The notes under the pieces: model-generated
Database searches by the model: none
What the model saw: only the letters and a program-made list of their open reading frames with translations
Told to the model about the DNA's origin: nothing
In this document: in pieces, positions 46,101 through 59,608 of the stretch
How the letters are laid out: the number at the start of each line of letters is the position of its first letter
How positions within the stretch are numbered: the first letter of the stretch is position 1
Source: Hormiphora californensis
Taxonomy: Eukaryota; Animalia; Ctenophora
Direction: 5' to 3'
Assembly (NCBI GenBank): GCA_020137815.1
Contig: CM035357.1
Coordinates: 620,001 to 684,000 of the forward strand
Length of the DNA stretch: 64,000 bases
Position numbers and translations under genes: made by a program

Positions 46101-49100
46101 TAGTGACAAACCAACTAACCTTTATACTTTGGTTCTGCTGGTCTCGTATATACAGTGGTTCTCCTGAGATCCCTATAAACCCAAGGAAATCGTTGTCAGA
46201 TAGGAGGTTGATTATCTTGTAGGCAGTCTCCTGAGCCATCTTGAGGGGCCATCCTACCATGCTACCACTATTGGAGGGAAGGGGGAGTGTTAGTTTTGAA
46301 ACCATTACCAGATAACTATCCAGTTTATACTGTACTGAATGGGGATTGTTAGTTTTGAAACCAGATAGTTTGAGTTTGTACTGAGCTCAGCTGAGAGGGG
46401 GATTGTTAGTTTTGAAAACCAGATAGTTTGAGTTTGTACTGAGAGGGGGATTGTTAGTTTTGAAACCAGACAACTTTAACGGTGTATCGGTATCACTCGG
46501 TGACTACAACTATAACCGGTTATGGAACTTCTATAACCGGTTATAGTTGCAGTCACTGAGTGATAAAGTAGTAAAGATTCTATATTTTACCTCAGATCAA
46601 AAGCAATAATGACATCCTTTGGGCATCCGTCCCCTTCCAGGTACCAGTTCTGGTATCTACAGTCGTAGTCCCTTGTAGCACGTCCCTGCACATACGTGGT
46701 GTCATACTTGACACTATATTTTCATTTGTTTCAAAGAGTGTGATCAGCTGTTCTAGAAGAGTGTATTGGCTTGGCAGCACATGTGTGCCAGACCCCGATT
46801 TGATTCTCAGTGCGAGCTCAGATGGGGCAATGCAGTACCTGGGGTGTTTCAGGGGGTGCTGGGTAGAGTCTCATGACCCCATACTCGCTGCAGTAATACT
46901 GCCATACCACCAACTCTGTATCTCTTCTAAAGTTCTCACTAAATGTATCCACCAGGTTCTCTGTCCAAATTACATCCTTCTTGACCTGCGGAGGGGGTAG
47001 TTTGTCATGTTCTAACCCTTCATTGCGGGGGGGGGGGTAGTTTGTTATGTTCTAACACTGTGGCGATGAGAGAGGGTCGAGCAAGGCAGGGGGTAGTTTG
47101 TTATGTTCTAACACTGTGGCGATGAGAGAGGGTCGAGCAAGGCAGGGGGTAGTTTGTTATGTTCTAACCCTTCCTTGCGGGGATGAGACAGGGTCGAGGA
47201 AGGCAGGGGGTAGTTTGTTATGTTCTAACCCTTCCTTGCGGGGATGAGAGAGGGTCGGAGCAAGGGATAGGTAGCTGAGTTTGCTCTTAGCATATGTGGA
47301 TAGGACTTTCTTACAATCTTACACAAACATTGTTATTCCATGAATTTATAATGAGCGATTAGATGAGCTTTGGTCTTTCAAATGTGTCATTAATCGCTCA
47401 TATATATTGTTTATGCACCAGATCTAATTATATTAAACATTATAATTAGTTAATTAATTAATTAATTACTTCGTTAATTACTCAAATTTACCCTGGTTTC
47501 ATTGATCCATACATCAGATGGAACAATACAGAATGTGTCCTTGAAAGAGACATTCTGTTCGTGTAGTGAGGAGTAGGATAGCTTCAGATTCCTGTTCCTG
47601 TAGATTTAGGGGACTGTTATGTAACTCATGATACTATCAGTGATAGAATAGTTCTCAGAATTCTCAGATAGATTAGCTGTTTTCATCGTGAGCTGATTTC
47701 TAATATAGTTGTATGAAAGACAGGGCCCAGCTGGGTCTGTTATGTTAGAAATATATTGAAATCATTCATGAATTCTACTGAGAATATTCTGAGAATCCTA
47801 TAACTTATGAAAGCTTTTTCATAACAAAACATAAATCAGCATTATATATTCATTTCATAATATGAACATAGGCTGATTTCATTACATATACATGTTAAAT
47901 AAACTCTTCGATTTCATGCTAATATTTCGATTCAGAGACTCTGAACCTTGGTAACGAAGTTACCCCTCCCTTGCCGGCGCGCAAAGCGCACCAAACGAAG
48001 GCCGCGATGCGGCCTGAGTGTGAGGTGTCTTCGATACCAACTCTGAACCACGATATGAAATGCGTGATCGAAATATTAGCATGAAATCTGAATCAGAGCA
48101 TATTATACACGGTCGCTTGTAGTGGGAAAACGGTAATGGAAAACTGAGATACAGTAAGACGACGCGCAACCGTGGCCAATCAGGGCGCTAGTACGTGCTG
48201 AACACATGCACTTTTTGCCGCGCGTTATGCAACGTGCACGTCTCCTTACTGTATTTCTATTACGGTAATACGACTACAAGCAGCACTGATATGCTCAGAA
48301 CAGTGGTATTAATCGCGTTATTGATAGTTTGATGTGTCGAATAGGGCCCTATATAGGGAAGAATTGAACTCGATAAAATTATTGCATGAATGTAATTATT
48401 GGATATAGTCTGATTTTAAATAACTGTCGTTTTTTAGAGTTTTCAAATTTCTTTAAATGACCATAGTCCATAAGTCCGGTTCCTGATGAGATAGAGACTT
48501 GAAATTTGGAGGTTACGAAGATCTTGCTAAGTTCTTCCGAACCTCCAAATTTCAAGTCGCTATCTTATCAGGAACCGGAGATATGACAAATTTTGTTATT
48601 TCAGGGGTGCGACAGTTTCAAAAAATCCGACTTTAATATCGTCACTCGATTAGTCATGCCTCGCAGTCACACTTTTGCAGCTTTTGATCATTGTCATGTC
48701 AGTATAATTGCCAATTGGGATCTAAGTCGAGGCGTGAAGGGGTGGTATGGGAAACTAAAGAATGGGGCAATATCTTTTTCATTGAATGGACATTGGACTC
48801 CCAGCAGTCTCGGTTACGAAATGACCCCTCTTCTCGACATTCACACTCTGGCAAGGGAGGGGTAACTTCGTCACCAACCAGCGCATCATAAATCGTTTTG
48901 TTCAAACTCTCAAACGGAGAAGCTGGGGGTCGAGCAACAGTCATACTTGTCGTCTCACATTCTCACACACACACACACACACACACACTGATATCACTGC
49001 ATTTCACTGCTCTCTCTCACTCACGATGTTGCTTTGTTTCTTCCTGAGGTGGTGGCTGTGACACAACTTGCTACTGCGGCTGCTCCTGTTCTGACAGTCA

Positions 49101-50656
49101 GCGTTGCTGTGGCCTTCCTGCACTCACATGATAAACATTGTCACTAGGAACCGACCGAACCAAGTAAACAACCAATCAGAACTCGTTATTTAGGTCACGT
49201 GACTGGTTATCAGCCAATCAGAGACCAGTATTTCCTGATTTGGTCGGTTCCTGATTGTTACACACACACAATCGCATAATGGTTCTGGAGTCCTCGAGAT
49301 ACTATATATATTGAGTATCCCAGAGCCATTAGGATATTTGAATTTGCTATTCAGAATCATACTGCCCCCCTCAAATGACAGATGCCCTAAACAATTGCTT
49401 GCTCCAATGCTCCAGCAGGACGAAGGTGCTTTTTCTATAAATTGGTAGTGTTCACTTACTGGATGTTATATTGGATAGTGGGGGTGTAATCAATATCAGG
49501 TGGGGGAACAACCTTGTACAGTTGCTGGGCTTTAGTTCTTAGATCTGACAAACTCCTTACGACCTGTAGAAAATCTAGGTATAGATTTTAAGTAACTTAC
49601 TGTATAACTAATAAGTGCTTGAATGCTAGGAAGCGAGGAAGTTCCCAAATTTAATTTCAAAACAACATCGATCAGTGATATTTCACGAATATTCTACTGC
49701 GATGTTTTTCTAGAACATAATTTTTGGGTGACAGGGCGTTAAATGCCTTCTGCCGGTAATCTAGTTCAAGTCGTTACCCGGTTGAGCCTCCCCTCTATAA
49801 CGCCTGCTAACTCATTTGCTAAGTTTTGAAAGGGCCACTTTTGGAAAGTAAAATCCGATCTGCTGTACTCTTCTTTTAACTTCCTGCAGGGGTTTAATAT
49901 GTGAGGTTTAATATGTGAGGTGTAGTATCCTGCAGGGGTTTAATTGACATGTTCCCAGTCTGTCGGCTCCCAGCTCGGCCCAGACGTGTTGAGTAATCCT
50001 TTACTCAACAAGCCCAGACAGACTGCGTAGTGCGTACTGCGTAGCATGGCAGGGGTATCAATATGATATGTGACTGTGAGGCGACATATTTAGCTAATCG
50101 CGGGACTATTTTCCTGTCATGACATTTTGAAACGTGACACTTTTATAACACTAGCTACAAGTTATATGATATAACATGCCCCTATAATAATTATATACCT
50201 CAGCTTGGATATCTTACGTAATTAACACGGTCGCTTGTAGTGGGAAAACGGTAATGGAAAACGAAGATACAGTAAGACGACGCGCAACCGTGACCAATCA
50301 GGGCGCTAGTACGTGCTGACACATGAACTTTTTGCCGCGCGTTATGCACCGTGCGCGTCTCCTTACTGTATTTTCATTACGGTAATTTGACTACAAGCAG
50401 CACTGTTATACTGTCATATTTGACAGAGAATTGGCTAGTTTACTGTGTATTAGTATCTGACAGGCATGATTATGTTAATTAGATGGATAATTATAACTTA
50501 CTCGTACAACGTATTCCCATTGAAATCATTCTCTATCCGCGTGTAGATGAACTCTGTGAGCCTCACTGTTTGTTCCAAATTTAACTCTGCTGCTGCCCCT
50601 CCGTTAGGGAGGTTTATCAACGTGTACAGGAACAGTAGCGTCACATATCTTACCAT
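37172..50656 (-). CDS. CACNA2D: Voltage-gated calcium channel alpha2delta subunit (VWA_N, VWA, Cache domains, GPI-like tail)
   Basis: Phase-consistent exons: signal peptide MVRYVTLLFLYTLINL (50656); WQYYCSEYGVMRLYP; DYDCRYQNWYLEGDGCPKDVIIAFDLSGSMVG (MIDAS DxSxS); CQKILIVFSDG; VFSFACG...LQEMACSNRG; PKWSNTY; GVVGLDV; VLVNNRGNVVYHPRL; YYYTPLSGFPFYLILAVP; FLVDDKGFIV; terminal exon CTRVFLAAPINRTNLLLV...hydrophobic C-terminus. Confidence 0.93.
38193..38772 (+). mobile_element. 580-bp Mutator-like MITE, copy 1
   Basis: TIR ggtgtgcggactctagtgcta / tagcactagagtccgcccacc; 9-bp TSD gtctgaaaa; internal ggactctatatcta subrepeats and a (ggttag)n tract. Confidence 0.9.
39115..39805 (-). mobile_element. ~690-bp composite MITE, copy B (inverted relative to copy A)
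   Basis: Gives the same spurious 108-aa ORF as copy A (35663..35989 vs 39310..39636). Confidence 0.88.
40961..41069 (-). mobile_element. 109-bp hAT-type MITE, copy 2
   Basis: Same element as 6282-6390; 8-bp TSD gttcattt. Confidence 0.88.
42777..42885 (-). mobile_element. 109-bp hAT-type MITE, copy 3
   Basis: Same element; TSD aaatgttg/aaatgttt. Confidence 0.85.
45362..45941 (+). mobile_element. 580-bp Mutator-like MITE, copy 2
   Basis: Near-identical to 38193-38772; 9-bp TSD cctctcccc. Confidence 0.9.
46993..47265. repeat. Intronic ~55-60-bp tandem repeat (ggggtagtttgttatgttctaac...gggtcgagcaaggca)
   Basis: About five degenerate units. Confidence 0.8.
48108..48288 (-). mobile_element. ~180-bp MITE, copy 2
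   Basis: Reverse complement of 31317-31497. Confidence 0.85.
49145..49253 (-). mobile_element. 109-bp hAT-type MITE, copy 4
   Basis: Same element; TSD attgtcac/attgttac. Confidence 0.85.
50226..50405 (-). mobile_element. ~180-bp MITE, copy 3
   Basis: Reverse complement of 31317-31497. Confidence 0.85.
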
Positions 50657-51309
50657 TATATCTGATATGAAAACTAGATAAAGTGTCCAGCGTTAGGGGG
50701 GCGGGGGGCGGGGGTCTGCTATAATACAATGTACAGGAACAGTAGTGTCACATATCTTACCATTATATAATCTGATATCTGATATAAAAACTAGATAAAG
50801 TGCCCAGCTTTTGGTGGGGTTTGCTATAATAATATGTAAAAACTTATGGCATCTAGGCTATCATATTTATAAAGATGATTTCATTGTACAGACTGAAGAA
50901 TCGATATATAAAGTACTAAGAAGCTCGTTATGCAAATCAATTAATTCTGAGAGAGGGGCGGCCCCTGAGAACTCTATAGTAGCTAAAGTCCTGGTAATAA
51001 TACTCGTTCAAAATGAAGTCTCAACATCAAGCTGTCTTGCAGCGCCAGACCCCAATTTAATTCTTAGTGCGCTCAGATATGGGGTCCGTGGCGCCAGGCA
51101 GACATCAAGCGGGATTATAGTGAGAGCTTCAGAGCTGCCCTGCAAAGTGTCGAGGCTCAATTAAACTGACCGGTTGTGTAACAAAACGTTGTACTGTACC
51201 TACTGCTGCAGAGCTATTATAGTTGACAGAAACAGACGCATGATTATTCATCGTCCTAATGACCCTGTGTGTGTACGTGTGTGTTTGATACGAAAATAAT
51301 TTCACACAA

Positions 51310-52570
51310 CTTTCCCTCTTCTTTTCCCTCTCTTCTCTCTTCTCCCCTCTCTCTCTCCTCCTCTCCACCCCCCCTTCTCTCTCCTTCTCTAACCCCTTTT
51401 CCCTCTCCTTTTCTTCCCTCCTTTCCCTTTTTTCTCCTTTTGGGGTCTCCTCCTCTTCCTTTCTCCTCCTCCTCCTCTCTCCTGCGCTGTCTCTGTCTCT
51501 CTCTCTCCTCCTCTATCTCTTTTCTCTTCTTCTCTGGGTCCGGTCTTCGTCCTCCCCTTCCCTCCCCTGGTCCTTGGTCTCTTTCGTCGCTCGCTCTTTT
51601 CGGCTTGCCCTTCTGGGTTCTGGGGTTTTGGGTCCTTGGCTTTATTTCCGGGTTTTCTTCTTTTGGGGGCTTGGCCTCCGTCCGGGCTCCTTAAACTGCC
51701 GGGTCTCTCTCTCTTTTCTGTCTCGTTCGGGGGGCCCTTTTTCCCCCCTCGGGCTCCCCCTTGGCCCGGGGGGTCGGGCCCCCCTTCTTTGGCCCCGGCT
51801 TTTCCCTTTTTTCCCTCTTTTTCAAATTGCCCCCCCTCCTTCCCCTTTCCCCTTTTTTTGTTGTTTGGTTTTCCTTCCTTTTTTCCCCCTTTTTCCCCTC
51901 TTGGTTTTTTAAAAAAATTAAAAGGGGTTTTAATTTTCCCGGGGCCCCCCCCCCCCCCGGGGCCCCCCCCCCCCCGGGTTTTTTTTTCCCCCCCCCCCTT
52001 TTACCTTCGCCCCGGGCCCCCCTTTCCCCCTTTTTTCCCCCCCAAAAAACCCAAAACCCCCGAAATCCCCCTTTTTAAAAATTAATAAATTTTTAATTTT
52101 AAAAATCATGGGGGTTTTCCTTTAACATGCCTTTTTTGGGGGGGGGCCCCCTTTTTGGGGGCCCTTTTTTCCCCCCTTTTCCGGTTTCGGGTTTTCCCTT
52201 TTCCCCCCTTTCTCTTTTCTTTTTCCCTCTCGAGGGGGGGGGGGCCCCCCCTCCCCCAAAAGGGGGGGGGGCCCCGGGGGTTGCTTCCCCCCCGGGGGCC
52301 TTCCCTCTCGCGTCGTTCCTTTATTCTTCGCTCTTCCTTCTTTTCTATAATCGTCTTCACATCATTTCACCTCCGCCTTGTTTCCCTGTATTTTCAATTA
52401 GTTGCTAAACCTTTATCCCTAATCTTACACCCTCTTTGGATTGAAATTTACTTCCAAATAATTATTGCTAATTAACTACAAATTGGGTAAAGAAAAAACC
52501 CAAAACCCCGGGTTTTTCCCTTCCCAAATCAAAAACCTGGTAACATAGACACCTGGCGCGACCCCCGGGG
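51310..52570. other. Low-quality, homopolymer-inflated sequence tract
   Basis: A CT-rich tract degrades into runs of C/T/G/A with no coherent repeat unit; the ORFs here are P/F/G noise. Confidence 0.8.
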
Positions 52571-53039
52571 TCTATGTCACCAAATCTAAACCCTGACAAA
52601 TCTCTATTATAATTTGGAGATGAACGTCGTGATGGCCGTTCGTTAGGCGGTATCTAAGCGACAGGTTGCTCCTTCATAAAACACTCTATGTGCCAAAAGC
52701 TGTAAAGCTGTTGCTCACACTTTTGGGACTTCCAGTGGAAGTTTGTTAATATTTTCGAATGAATTTCAACATGCCAGTCCCCATAGTTACCACTCCAGTT
52801 GCCATGGCAACCGTGTTATTGACGTTGAAAGTGGCGAAAAGAACTACCCGGCGAAGCCGGGTGGGTTATCAAAATTCCTTACTTGGGGCGCACCCCATGG
52901 GTGCGCTAGTTGGGATATACCTCAAACATGTATCATTATCCTAGAGCTCATCATGTTTAATGACAAGATTGTCATGCTAATGAGGCCCAAACGGAGCGTC
53001 ACGGGATGACCTGAAGTTACAACTGAACGAGGGAGGGAG

Positions 53040-53085
<46 letters not shown>

Positions 53086-53635
53086 ATGCTCGATATATAA
53101 AACTAGAGTCTCTACGGAAGACCTGCTAAGAGGTGTGTGCAATATTACGTACGTTTTAAGAGGCCAGTTCCTGGTGTAGACGCGACACGACACTGAGCAC
53201 GTTGGAGGGCTGGCTACTGGGTGTCTCCTTGGCAACACGGGTACAGAGTGTCAATAACTAGCCGATATATAGAGGGAGAGATAGAGAGCCGGAGAGCTTA
53301 ATGTATTGGAGAAGAGAAACTAGAGAGATGATAATATATGTGTGCTAGTACATATAGATTTAGATAATTTTTCTCAACTGACGTTATCAAATGAATGCTA
53401 ATTTTGAGAATTTGAGACAAACTTCATGAAGCATAATGATCGATTATGGATTGATGGGATAATTTGAAAACCGATTGGGCTGGGGTTTTTTAATGTATTA
53501 GCCATTAGGAGATGGACCGGGTGGGGGACTGGGTAGAATGGGGACTGGGGTAGAAGGGGGAAAGGGCCAGTTAATTCACCTGCCAGAACTAACACCACAT
53601 TCCCCCTCCCTGTCTAGCTATCCGACTCAAGAATT

Positions 53636-54271
53636 ATGATGCCCCTTCTCCTCCTCCTTCTTCTCTGCCTCACCCCCGCAGTTCTCTCTGACGACCCTAC
53701 AGAGGGATCCAGAATAATGTGTTACGATACCGCCTGCTACCAGACAATCTCTAAAACCTATGTGCCCTGCCATCAAAGTCCCTCCCGGGGGTGTAACCCT
53801 ATTGGGTACTGTATAGACGGTATACCTGGTACTGGCGCTACCTGCCCAGAGGAATGTGAGGGTCAGGGCCGACATGAATGTATGAGAAACCCCCGATCAG
53901 GACGATCTGAGTGTTACTGTGTCTCGTCGGACAAGTCCTCAGCTATGTTAAGTGTGGTCATGGTGGTCATTGTGTGTGTTTGTGTGTTGGCATCTGTGTT
54001 GCTGGTTGTCAGCACGATATCACGTCTGAGGTCAGTGAGAATGTCCCCTGGTGGGGTGGGTGATGATTTGGAGGAGGAGATTGTGGCGGGGGAGGTTACT
54101 CCAGAGATAGACGATATATCAGGTGCCCCTCCCGCTTATAATGTAGTGATTGCAGAGGATGAGGGGGGTGTGTTAGAGGGATTACCATCATACGACGATG
54201 CTACAAAGTTGGATGCTACATCTCGACATAGTGATGCTGTATCTCACAGTGAGCGGATGACGAATGTCTGA
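53636..54271 (+). CDS. Type I single-pass membrane protein with a Cys-rich ectodomain and cytoplasmic PPAY/LPSY motifs (WBP1/VOPP1/Shisa-like architecture)
   Basis: Signal peptide MMPLLLLLLLCLTPAVLS; 12 Cys in the ectodomain; TM MLSVVMVVIVCVCVLASVLLVVSTI; acidic tail with APPAY and LPSY. Confidence 0.8.
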   Translation: MMPLLLLLLLCLTPAVLSDDPTEGSRIMCYDTACYQTISKTYVPCHQSPSRGCNPIGYCIDGIPGTGATCPEECEGQGRHECMRNPRSGRSECYCVSSDKSSAMLSVVMVVIVCVCVLASVLLVVSTISRLRSVRMSPGGVGDDLEEEIVAGEVTPEIDDISGAPPAYNVVIAEDEGGVLEGLPSYDDATKLDATSRHSDAVSHSERMTNV

Positions 54272-55133
54272 ATGGACCTGGTGTCGTATCGGGAAATAAG
54301 TCCTACTCCGTGACTCAGAGACGTGTTTTCTTATTGGTTGTGTACGTGATGTTGATTGGTTGATAAAATGATTGCTAATGACAGTGAAATGTGAATGGGG
54401 AACATTTTTAACTGCAGAGAGAGAGATGGGATACACAATTGGAATTGTGCTGTTCCCCATTTCAAAACAGTTTATATATTTTGTTCGTTTGATTTATTTA
54501 TGTTTTTTTACAAAGTAAAATAGGCGTGTTTTTATTTGGAGTCAAAAGTTGAATTTCAACAGCACAACACAAATAGTAGAGACGATAGAGTGTCAGTGAT
54601 TACGAATTCTGAACGCGGTCATATTCATAATTAAGAAATTATCTATTTAATGGGTCAGTAATTCACATTATTTCTAATAACGTGAATGCTCCGTTGTGCG
54701 ATTTTCATTAGAGACCATTTCTTAATTATTCATATGACCGCGTTCAGCTATTCATTTGTCACGAGCGGTCACTGCGTTTTATGCCGAGACCAGCACGGGA
54801 CATAATATTCCTAGTATGTATAATTGTATTCTGTCTATACGTTGTGTCAGATGAAAGCTTACGTGGTCATATTCTCGAAAATAGCTAGTATAATTGATAA
54901 ATTGTCATACTTAGAGCTAGCAAAATAATATTAACTTTCCTAAAGCAGAGTAAGAAGTACTTAGTAGTAGTACTAGATCAATTTTGCAATTCCCTTTCTG
55001 ACTCTATCGTCCCTACAAAAACTTTAAAACAGGTGGCTCACTCCCTCTCTCGTCATATTGTGGAATTATGTCAATCAAGTGTTTTATCTTGGTTAAAAAC
55101 CTTATTCCCAGAATGTCTCTCTATTGTCCCCTT

Positions 55134-57120
55134 TTACCACCCTAATAGGTATCCGAACACCCTGTAAAACACTCCCTCGTCTCTCTGTGGTAGTAGTGCC
55201 TCGCTCTGGTCCACTAGATGAGGCCTCGTGTTCCTCTTAGGAGTGTGCATCACTGATGTATTGAGTCCATCCGTTGGGGAATTCTTTACTCTCTGAAATG
55301 ATAAGAGTAATTATACTCGGATTTTTGAAACTGTCACCCCCCCTGAAATAAAAAATTTGTCATATCTCCGGTTCCTGATAAGATAGAGACTTGAAATTTG
55401 GAGGTTCGGAAGAACTTAGCAAGATCTTCGTAACTTCCAAATTTCAAGTCTCTATCTCATCAGGAACCGGACTTATGGTCATTTAAAGAAATTTGAAAAC
55501 TCTAGGGGGGTGACAGTTTCAAAAAATCCGACTTTAGGCATGGTGTCGCTTGTCAGCGCGTTGTCGCTAGGGTTGCCGGGATTTTCAAACAGCGCGCACA
55601 TTCACTGCGCGCAAACCGAAGTGCGGACAATGAAAGTTCACCTTTTTACTGGCGTCGCGCGTGCGGTTTGTGTGTTTAACTTTAGAGGTCTGAGGTTTGT
55701 TCCACATTTACCTTATCACTACACGGCACTACTCCGATCATGATATCTTTGTTTAGGATCGTCCCGCTTCTACTCAATGCCTGGATTAGGGAAGAAATGG
55801 GTAACTTTTGAATCAACGACAAGCTTTACGGAGAGAAAGAAAAATACAGAAAGATCATTGTCAAGTCTGATGTCAAAGCCTCCTTGCTTCTGTTTTACAT
55901 AACATCTTCCTTCTCAATTCTCAAGGCAGTCGGTAGATCTCTTACTCAGGAGACCCTCTGTGTAGGTTGTAAGTGGCTATAAATATTCATCAACCATCCA
56001 GTGTCAAGATGGCAGAATCTTTTTACTTTTACATATTTTATATTTCTCTCTCTCTCTCTCTCTCTCTCTTTGTGTCTCTCTCCTTCGCTCACTCTCAACT
56101 GTGTGACGCCATTGTCTTTCTATAACATCCCACACTCTTTGCTTGTTACCTTTCTAGCTTGAATCTTCGACTCAAACATAATGTGAATCCAATTGCCGTG
56201 GGCGGGTTTCTCGTAGCGTGATATCTTTCCATATTGGGAGAAGTGTTGTAGGACAAACTCAGAAGACGTAGCCGGGAATCTGAGGGGTCATTGGAAGGTT
56301 GTATTTAGGAGGATCGGGGGTGATTGGAAGGTTTAGGGGGCTGTTTAGGATAACAATAGGATAAGAGAAAAATGCTAAAGAACATAATTTCCTGAGCAGA
56401 GCATCTATGTTTCTTTCTCTATCTTTCTACCCCTCACTCTCTCTCCTAACCCTCTCTCTCACTCTCTCTCTCTCGGTCTAACTGTTGACCGTCTAATTTT
56501 ATAACCTGAAGGCTGCATGTAAGCAACACACCCCTTATGATATTACAGCCCTAAATATATGTTATATTGCGCCAGGTCTCATAAAGTTCCATTTTCTTCC
56601 ACAATACTTAACCCATATCTTTTGACCGCTTGACTACCCAGTACCCATCTCTTTTGACCGCTTGACGCCATTTGACAAATTAGCGTTGAAATCCATGCAT
56701 AATTCTATAATTGAGCAGCATTATGTCTTTGCCTGGTGCTAGAACTTTGATCTACCGAACCCTCAAAGAGCGTGCTCGCTGATCTGTGAAACAAAATAGC
56801 CACACAACTAGAACCATGTTAACATTTCGGGATCCTATAAAAACATGTTATTCCCCAGTCTTGTCTTGTATTGTATTGATGGTTTCAGGGATTTCTTTAA
56901 TGTTGAAAAATCCGTTTTTAAGTTGTTTAAGTTGTTTAATGGGCAGCAGGTATATCACCATTTGGTAGTAAGAGGTGGGTCCGTCGCCCCTTCTGCATGA
57001 TAAATTTTTAATTTACCCATGTTGTTACCTAAATTATCGGCTCGCCTAGTTTGTGACACGTTGTATCATGTTTTGTGTGTGGTTCCACTGTGTTTCATGA
57101 GTCTAGGACAATTACCCTTC

Positions 57121-57179
<59 letters not shown>

Positions 57180-57834
57180 CAGAGAAAGAGAGAAAGAGAG
57201 CATGTAATATCTCCAGCTGCTCCAACAAGTGGTAGCAGGAGGGGGTAACAGTCACTACGTCACTTGCTCTGTTGAAGCTGTTGGTTCAATAATGGTGCAA
57301 CACACAATCTCCCTTTGTCTTGATTCTCTTATATACAGTTTTCTGTTGTTTACTGAGCTACCTGGTGTTATAATAACTTCAATCCACCGACCAGAAACCG
57401 TTTATCTAGATGCCTAATAACTATTTTCTTCTGTTTTTGTTGTGATAATCAGTAATTATCTGTAATTTTCTTTACCCACAGGGAACAGCTGTGCCTTCAG
57501 TCCTATTTTCACAATTCATGGTAGACTCGAAATAAGGTCGTTAATGTTAAGGGAAATATAGTTAAGGGAAATAGTCCTAAACATAGTTACTCGATCCTCT
57601 CTCACCCCGGTCCCCGCCCCAGTTAAAACAGGCCAGCTCGTGTAACGATGTAACTCTGCCCCAGTTATGTATAAAATATAGCAGTGAAACTGCTCAGGTG
57701 TAAACATTACTTACCCGAAAACAGTAAGCCAGGTATCAGGCAGGGGATCATCAAACACACTCTCGTTCATTAGAGTGCCTGCGGCACCGAGTCTCCTGGC
57801 TGGGGACCGCGATCTACCTCTACTACCTGGAGAG

Positions 57835-57869
<35 letters not shown>

Positions 57870-59608
57870 GAGAGAGAGTGAGAGGGAGAGTGAGAGAGAG
57901 AGGGAGATAGAGAGAGAGAGAGTGAGAGAGAGAGAGAGACATAGACAGAGACAGAGACAGAGACAGAGACAGAGACAGAGACAGAGAGAAAGATTGAGAG
58001 AAAGATTGAGAGATAGAGAGGTTAGGAGTGTAATTGCGTGAGGGCTAAGCAGAGAGATAGGACCGAGTGGGGGGGGGGGGGTTGATAAATAATAATATTA
58101 TTCATTAAACATTGTTGGAGAGATAATCGTTGCTTTCTGCTCAATAAATCTGTATCTGTATAAACAAGCATTAAGATTTGAGGTTCTAATGCAACAGGAC
58201 AGTTTTTTATATAAAAACGATTGCCTTTTAAATATCCTACCTAGTTCTATTGATAATTGTGAATTATGGCAACACAACTGACATGATGGGATATCAAAAG
58301 CTAGCTCTCGGGCCTTTGAAGCTCTTTTATTGCCCCTCCAGCTCTGTCTGACGTCAGATGAATTATCGCTAGTTATACCACCCCCAGCTCTCTAGACACG
58401 CCATGAGCTGGTAACTTCTATATCATACACCTCGCTAATCTTTGGCCTAACTGTCTTAACACATGTATACACATACACACACTGTCTAGCTTTGAATCTG
58501 CAAATGGTAGTTCCCGGGAATTCCCATGAAATATGTTCTCTCGTGCTGTCACCACGCTTCCTACGAACTGTCTAAGCCCCTCCTAATGAGCTGGTTTACA
58601 TGCTACACAAATACTAAACCTGACGTTATGGAGGGTTCCTGATTTACATTATACATGCAACTATACCATTGTCTACTTTACCTGGCGTTATGGAGGGTCC
58701 CTGATCTACATTATACATGCTACTATACCATTGTCTATACCTGGCGTTATGGGTGTCCCTGCGGTTATACTCCTACTATGTCTCTCCGGTGTTTTGTGCA
58801 GTACACTCTTGTCAGACACCAGCACACTGTCATGTAGTGACTCCGTAGGGAGACAATTCTCTTTGTTGCTTATCCTGTTGAGAGTTTCAATTAGCAATCC
58901 GTTTTTCGCGAGTTTTTGTTGTTTTTTTTCCCAACATGAATTAAAAAGAAGAGAGGGTCGAGGAAAATATTTTGATGTGAAAACTAACTCGATCTCAAAG
59001 TTTTGTTTTTTACCTTGCCTGTGGGGTGAAGCGGGATGGAGATGTAGAGCGAGTCATATTACATGTTGATTGGACGGGACTTGCAGGGAAACTAAAGTTG
59101 CTTGTTCGCTGAAATATATAGTTAAAGAATCAAGATAACCCACAACATGTTCAAATATATGTTTGTTTACAATTGCAATAAATTCAATCCAAGAGATTAC
59201 TAATTCTAGTTACTAATCTAGGTTACTAATCCTATTACTAATCCTACAGTTACTAAAGCTCTCTTTTTTTGCAATGATAAGTAATATAAGTTCGGTTGAT
59301 ATTTGTGGAAAGTTTAATTTGTCTAAGAAGTTTTGTTGACTCCGTCTACGAGTAGAGGGGCGCGGCTCAGTCTCATGAGCGCGTTACACAGTGCCCTCGT
59401 GCTGAAATTGTTTGCTATTTTCCATACGCCAGTTGTGTTTAGGCTACACTTTAATCTTGGTTACTAATCCTACAGTTACTAATCCTATTACTAATCCTAC
59501 AGTTACTAATACATAACTCACCGGGCCAGGAGAGACAGGGGTTCCAAGGAGAATTCCAGGTAGAGAGGGGTTACTGGCCGTGCCTTTGAGAGTGGCTGGT
59601 GATGCCAT
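55134..59608 (-). CDS. NUP35: Nucleoporin Nup35/Nup53
   Basis: Seven phase-consistent exons (~59522-59608, ~59015-59108, ~58741-58874, ~57716-57826, ~56150-56279, ~55712-55780, 55134-~55282): LPGILLG...PTESLHD...DTWLTVFG|FPATSSEFVLQHFSQYG...NWIHIMFESKIQARK|ALSRSGTILNKDIMIGVVPC...VFYRVFGYLLGW*. Confidence 0.93.

Noticed and set aside
44500-46120. Possible +1 at the QSIK|CYQG junction of CACNA2D
   Set aside because: An in-phase downstream acceptor (cccccacag|TTG TTG GAG) explains it without recoding; it cannot be decided without cDNA.
51310-52570. Cluster of Pro/Phe/Gly-rich ORFs
   Set aside because: Homopolymer-inflated low-quality sequence, not credible CDS; it also shows that the assembly has error-prone tracts.
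59015-59110. Apparent stop or phase conflict in NUP35 exon 2
   Set aside because: The upstream acceptor atttcag|CGA ACA AGC restores the frame.
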